From Acidimicrobiales bacterium (lineage in GTDB: Bacteria > Actinomycetota > Acidimicrobiia > Acidimicrobiales > SHLQ01), in NCBI GenBank assembly GCA_020629635.1, contig JAHDCX010000016.1, positions 34,154-98,153 of the forward strand: 64,000 nt of DNA, given 5' to 3'. How positions within the stretch are numbered: position 1 is the stretch's first letter; the number at the start of each line of letters is the position of its first letter. A model generated the notes under the pieces. That model saw only the letters and a list, made by a program, of their open reading frames with translations. It searched no databases and was not told the DNA's origin. Below are positions 61,013-64,000 of the stretch, piece by piece. Both the position numbers and the translations under genes were made by a program.

Positions 61013-62004
61013 AGGTTGGGGTGATCGGCGGCGGGAGCTGGGGCACAACCGTGGCTCACCTCTGCGCGCACAATGCGGACACCTCGCTGTGGGCCCGCCG
61101 AGACGACGTCGTCGACTCGATCAACGCCGATCACCGCAACGCTCGGTACCTGCCGACCTATGACCTTCACGAGTCGCTTTCGGCCTCGACCGACATGGAA
61201 GCGGTCGCCGCCGATGCCGAGGTGATCGTGATGGGCGTGGCTTCGGCAGGCTTCGATTCGACCTTGTCCCAGCTCACGCCGATCATCGGCGACGGCGTGC
61301 CGATCGTGTCGCTGGCCAAGGGTCTCGATCGCGAGTCGGGGCGTCGCATGACCGAGCTGATCGCTGACGCCCTCCCCGACCGCCCGGTCGGTGTGCTGAC
61401 GGGCCCAAATCTCGCGAAGGAGATCCTGGCGGGTCATGCGGCGGCGTCGGTCGTCGCGTTCGAGGACGTCTCCGTGGCTCAGGAGCTGCAGCCGCTGTTC
61501 GTGAACGATCTCTTTCGGGTGTACACCAACCCCGATCTCATCGGGTGTGAGCTCGGCGGCGCGCTGAAGAACGTGATCGCGGTCGCGGCGGGTATGGCCG
61601 ATGGGCTGGGTACCGGCGACAACACCCGGGCCGCGGTGATCACCCGCGGCCTCGCCGAGCTGACTCGGCTCGGCATGGCGATGGGCGGTGAGCTGCCGAC
61701 GTTCATGGGACTGGCCGGTATGGGCGACCTCGTGGCGACCTGTATCTCTCCGCAGTCTCGCAATCGGACCGTCGGTGAGGAGCTCGGCAAGGGTCGCACG
61801 CTCGACGAGATCATCGCCGAAATGAACCAGGTGGCCGAGGGAGTGAAGAGCGCACCCGTCGTCGCCGAGCTCGGCCGGACACACGGCGTCGAACTACCCA
61901 TCTGCGAAGAGGTCTGCGCCGTCGTCCAGGAAGGCCGATCAGCCGAAGAGGCGTACCGCGGCCTCCTTCGCCGCCCCCAACAAGGCGAACTCACCCGCCA
62001 CTAA
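61009..62004 (+). CDS. gpsA: NAD(P)H-dependent glycerol-3-phosphate dehydrogenase
   Basis: Motifs are MKVGVIGGGSWGTTVA, NARYLP, GALKNVIAVAAG and GDLVATC. Confidence 0.93.
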   Translation: MKVGVIGGGSWGTTVAHLCAHNADTSLWARRDDVVDSINADHRNARYLPTYDLHESLSASTDMEAVAADAEVIVMGVASAGFDSTLSQLTPIIGDGVPIVSLAKGLDRESGRRMTELIADALPDRPVGVLTGPNLAKEILAGHAAASVVAFEDVSVAQELQPLFVNDLFRVYTNPDLIGCELGGALKNVIAVAAGMADGLGTGDNTRAAVITRGLAELTRLGMAMGGELPTFMGLAGMGDLVATCISPQSRNRTVGEELGKGRTLDEIIAEMNQVAEGVKSAPVVAELGRTHGVELPICEEVCAVVQEGRSAEEAYRGLLRRPQQGELTRH

Positions 62005-62006
62005 CC

Positions 62007-62091
62007 ATGGGGTCAAGTCTGACATAGCAAGAGGTTGCCGAGGTTCGGGGCACCTGGCCAGAACCTCTTGCTATGTCAGACTTGACCCCAT
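62007..62091. repeat. 30-bp perfect inverted repeat with 25-nt spacer filling the gap between convergent genes
   Basis: The left arm is ATGGGGTCAAGTCTGACATAGCAAGAGGTT (62007-62036). The right arm is AACCTCTTGCTATGTCAGACTTGACCCCAT (62062-62091). The arms are noticeably AT-richer than the genome. Confidence 0.9.
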
Positions 62092-63426
62092 TCAGCGGAG
62101 TTCGGCGACGGCGTTGAGGACGCCGGCCGAGGCGTGCCGGAGACCCTTCGTCGAGTCGTAGTCGCTGGTGATGCCGAAGTAGACAGTGTCTTCGAGCGAC
62201 ATCGCCGCCATGGCGATCTGCACTCGGCCGGCCAGCGGCACGACCGGGTACGCCTCGACCATCGGGTAGCCAAGGACTTCGACAGTCTTCTCTGGACCGG
62301 GCACATTGATCGCCACCGTGTCGACGGCACGACGTGAACGCGTTTCGAGCATCGTCGATCGCACGCCCTGCGCAAGGATGCTCGGCGCAACGAAGTCCTC
62401 TTGGCGGCGGAGCATCCTTCCGGCGATCGCTCCGGTCTTCAGTGCCCCCGAGCTCGTCTGTTCGTAAATCGAGGTGAGTCGGGCGACGGGATCGGGTTCG
62501 GCGATCGGGAGTTCGCCGGTGAGTGTGGTGACCTGGCCGGAGAGACCGCCGCTGGCGGCACCCACCGACAGCGGCACAATGGCGCTGATCGTCTCGGGCA
62601 GCGGCTTGCCGTTCTCGGCGAGGTACGCACGAATGCCGCCGGCGACGGCAGCGAGGATGACGTCCGTGGTCGAGCAGCCATGGGCTTTCCGCACCGCTCG
62701 CAGATCGTCGAGCGGAACCGCAGCGGACTGCCACTTGCGATGCGGTCCGACGGCCTGACCGAGCCCGTTCGGGTCGCGGGCGTCGGCAAGATCGAGGCCG
62801 AGACGTCGCAGGAACCGGAACGGCTTGTTGACGAGACCACGTACCGCCAAGAAGCTCTCGACCGGATCGAAGGCGAGGTCGGTCACCGCGTCGGTCAGAA
62901 GGGCACGCTGACCGGGAAGCGGTTGGGGCATGCGATCCCCCACGTTGACGTGCGCGTCGATGTCGTCGGCGAGCACACCGATCAGGTCCGCTCCAGACAC
63001 CCCATCGATGATTGCGTAGTGGACCTTCGAGACGATCGCCCACCGCTTCTTCGGGAGATTCGACACCATCCAGAGTTCCCACAGCGGCTTGCCGCGGTCG
63101 AGGCGTTGGGAAAGCATCCGACTGACGAACGCGTTGAGGGGGTCACGGGTCTTGCGGCCCGGCAGGGCCGTGTGACGCACGTGGAATTCGATCGAGAAGT
63201 TCGGGTCGTCGACCCACACCGGACGTTCGATGTCGAGCGGCACCTCGAGCAGTCGTTGGCGATATCGCGGGATCAACTTGATCCGCTCGGCCACCCGTTC
63301 GACGACATCGTCGAAGCTCGGCTCCTTGCCTTCGAACACCGCAATGGTGAGGCCGTGCGCCGCCGTGACGTCGTCTTCGAGGGCGAGGATGGCCGCGTCC
63401 TTCGGCGTCATCCGTTCCATCGTCAC
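62092..63426 (-). CDS. wax ester synthase/diacylglycerol acyltransferase (WS/DGAT)
   Basis: The N-terminus reads MTPKDAAILALED. The active-site variant is HYAIIDGVSG (HHxxxDG family). The length is 444 aa. Confidence 0.88.
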   Translation of the reverse strand: MTMERMTPKDAAILALEDDVTAAHGLTIAVFEGKEPSFDDVVERVAERIKLIPRYRQRLLEVPLDIERPVWVDDPNFSIEFHVRHTALPGRKTRDPLNAFVSRMLSQRLDRGKPLWELWMVSNLPKKRWAIVSKVHYAIIDGVSGADLIGVLADDIDAHVNVGDRMPQPLPGQRALLTDAVTDLAFDPVESFLAVRGLVNKPFRFLRRLGLDLADARDPNGLGQAVGPHRKWQSAAVPLDDLRAVRKAHGCSTTDVILAAVAGGIRAYLAENGKPLPETISAIVPLSVGAASGGLSGQVTTLTGELPIAEPDPVARLTSIYEQTSSGALKTGAIAGRMLRRQEDFVAPSILAQGVRSTMLETRSRRAVDTVAINVPGPEKTVEVLGYPMVEAYPVVPLAGRVQIAMAAMSLEDTVYFGITSDYDSTKGLRHASAGVLNAVAELR

Positions 63427-64000
63427 GACGCCTTGCCGCGAGGTTGCGCGTCACCATCAGCGGGCGATGCGGTCTGTCCTTCGGCGGCGGCGCGGCGCAG
63501 GATGTCGAGCTCTTCGCCGAGTTGCGATTCGGTCATCGCCGCACGAGACGCGCTGGACGTCTGGAGGACGACGTTCACGATCCGAGTCGGATCCATGAGG
63601 GTCGGGCCCATCGCACGCGCCTCTTCGAGGCTCGGCTCGAGCACGAGGACCTTGTGGCCAGCCTCGCGGAGCTTGTCGATCTCGCGTTGGACCTGATTGC
63701 GCCAATAGAGCCGCAACGATCCGTTGAAGGTCATCCAGCCCTTGGTGTAGCTGTTCACCGACATGGGTGCCACGAGGACGACCAGGTCAAGGTCGCGATC
63801 GAGGAGGAGGTCGGCGTTGGTGGGCGAATGCACTCCGCCGTCGACGTAGCGGAAGCCGTTGATGCGGACCGGTCGGAAGAAGCCGGGAATGGCCGAGCTC
63901 GCTTCGACGGCGGTACCGACGTCGATGTCGGTCCGGTCCTTGCCGAAGACGACCCGCTCCGAGTCTTCGAGACGGACCGTCGTGACCAACAGCTCGTCGT
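63423..64000 (-). CDS. patatin-like phospholipase; 5' part lies outside the window
   Basis: The pattern is AVEASSAIPGFFRPVRINGFRYVDGGV (patatin catalytic Asp DGG motif). The frame is open to the window edge. Its stop overlaps the WS/DGAT start (GTGA). Confidence 0.75.
   Translation of the reverse strand, partial: DELLVTTVRLEDSERVVFGKDRTDIDVGTAVEASSAIPGFFRPVRINGFRYVDGGVHSPTNADLLLDRDLDLVVLVAPMSVNSYTKGWMTFNGSLRLYWRNQVQREIDKLREAGHKVLVLEPSLEEARAMGPTLMDPTRIVNVVLQTSSASRAAMTESQLGEELDILRRAAAEGQTASPADGDAQPRGKAS

Overview
High-GC (about 68-70% by eye) Actinomycetota-type chromosomal segment. Lineage markers are WhiB, GlnR, GSII plus GlnA2-like GS, MmpL, a DUF222-HNH protein and an ArsA-like ATPase next to whiB. 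Coding density is high, with many 1-4 nt start/stop overlaps (ATGA, GTGA, TTGA). Most long Arg/Pro-rich ORFs in the supplied track are shadow frames of the real genes. Content in order: a partial alpha/beta hydrolase; tRNA-Sec (selC) abutting a disrupted GNAT ORF; MmpL with a NarL-type two-component pair; a sigma-70; a DUF1800/DUF1501 pair; and a decayed locus (N-lobe-less kinase-like protein, 69-aa molybdopterin-oxidoreductase remnant, internally deleted siroheme-synthase chimera). Next is a nitrogen block (nadE, glnII, glnA2-like, glnR), then a lower-GC islet with a DUF222-HNH gene. After that come a compact 2Fe-2S/molybdopterin-like fusion, Fe-S assembly genes (erpA-like, mrp/apbC), an AAA+/TPR pair, selA-selB, and whiB-nfeD-arsA-like-STAS. 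Further along are tRNA-Pro, a degenerate Amt-like membrane protein beside a NIT-HAMP-GGDEF(degenerate)-EAL protein with a coupled orphan solute-binding lipoprotein, and a 1100-aa HdrD-like Fe-S membrane protein with a C-terminal tandem HhH-like repeat. The window ends with dcd, TlpA/CcdA, PhoD, glgC, gpsA, WS/DGAT and patatin. The best candidate for an undescribed system is a tightly coupled four-gene operon at 57586-59615. It encodes a signal-peptide-bearing 96-aa peptide ending in CPACGMG, a DUF692/MNIO-family enzyme, a 62-aa helper-like protein and an MTA/SAH-nucleosidase-like protein, which fits a RiPP-type cysteine-modifying pathway. All family calls rest on motif recognition by eye; no database search was possible.
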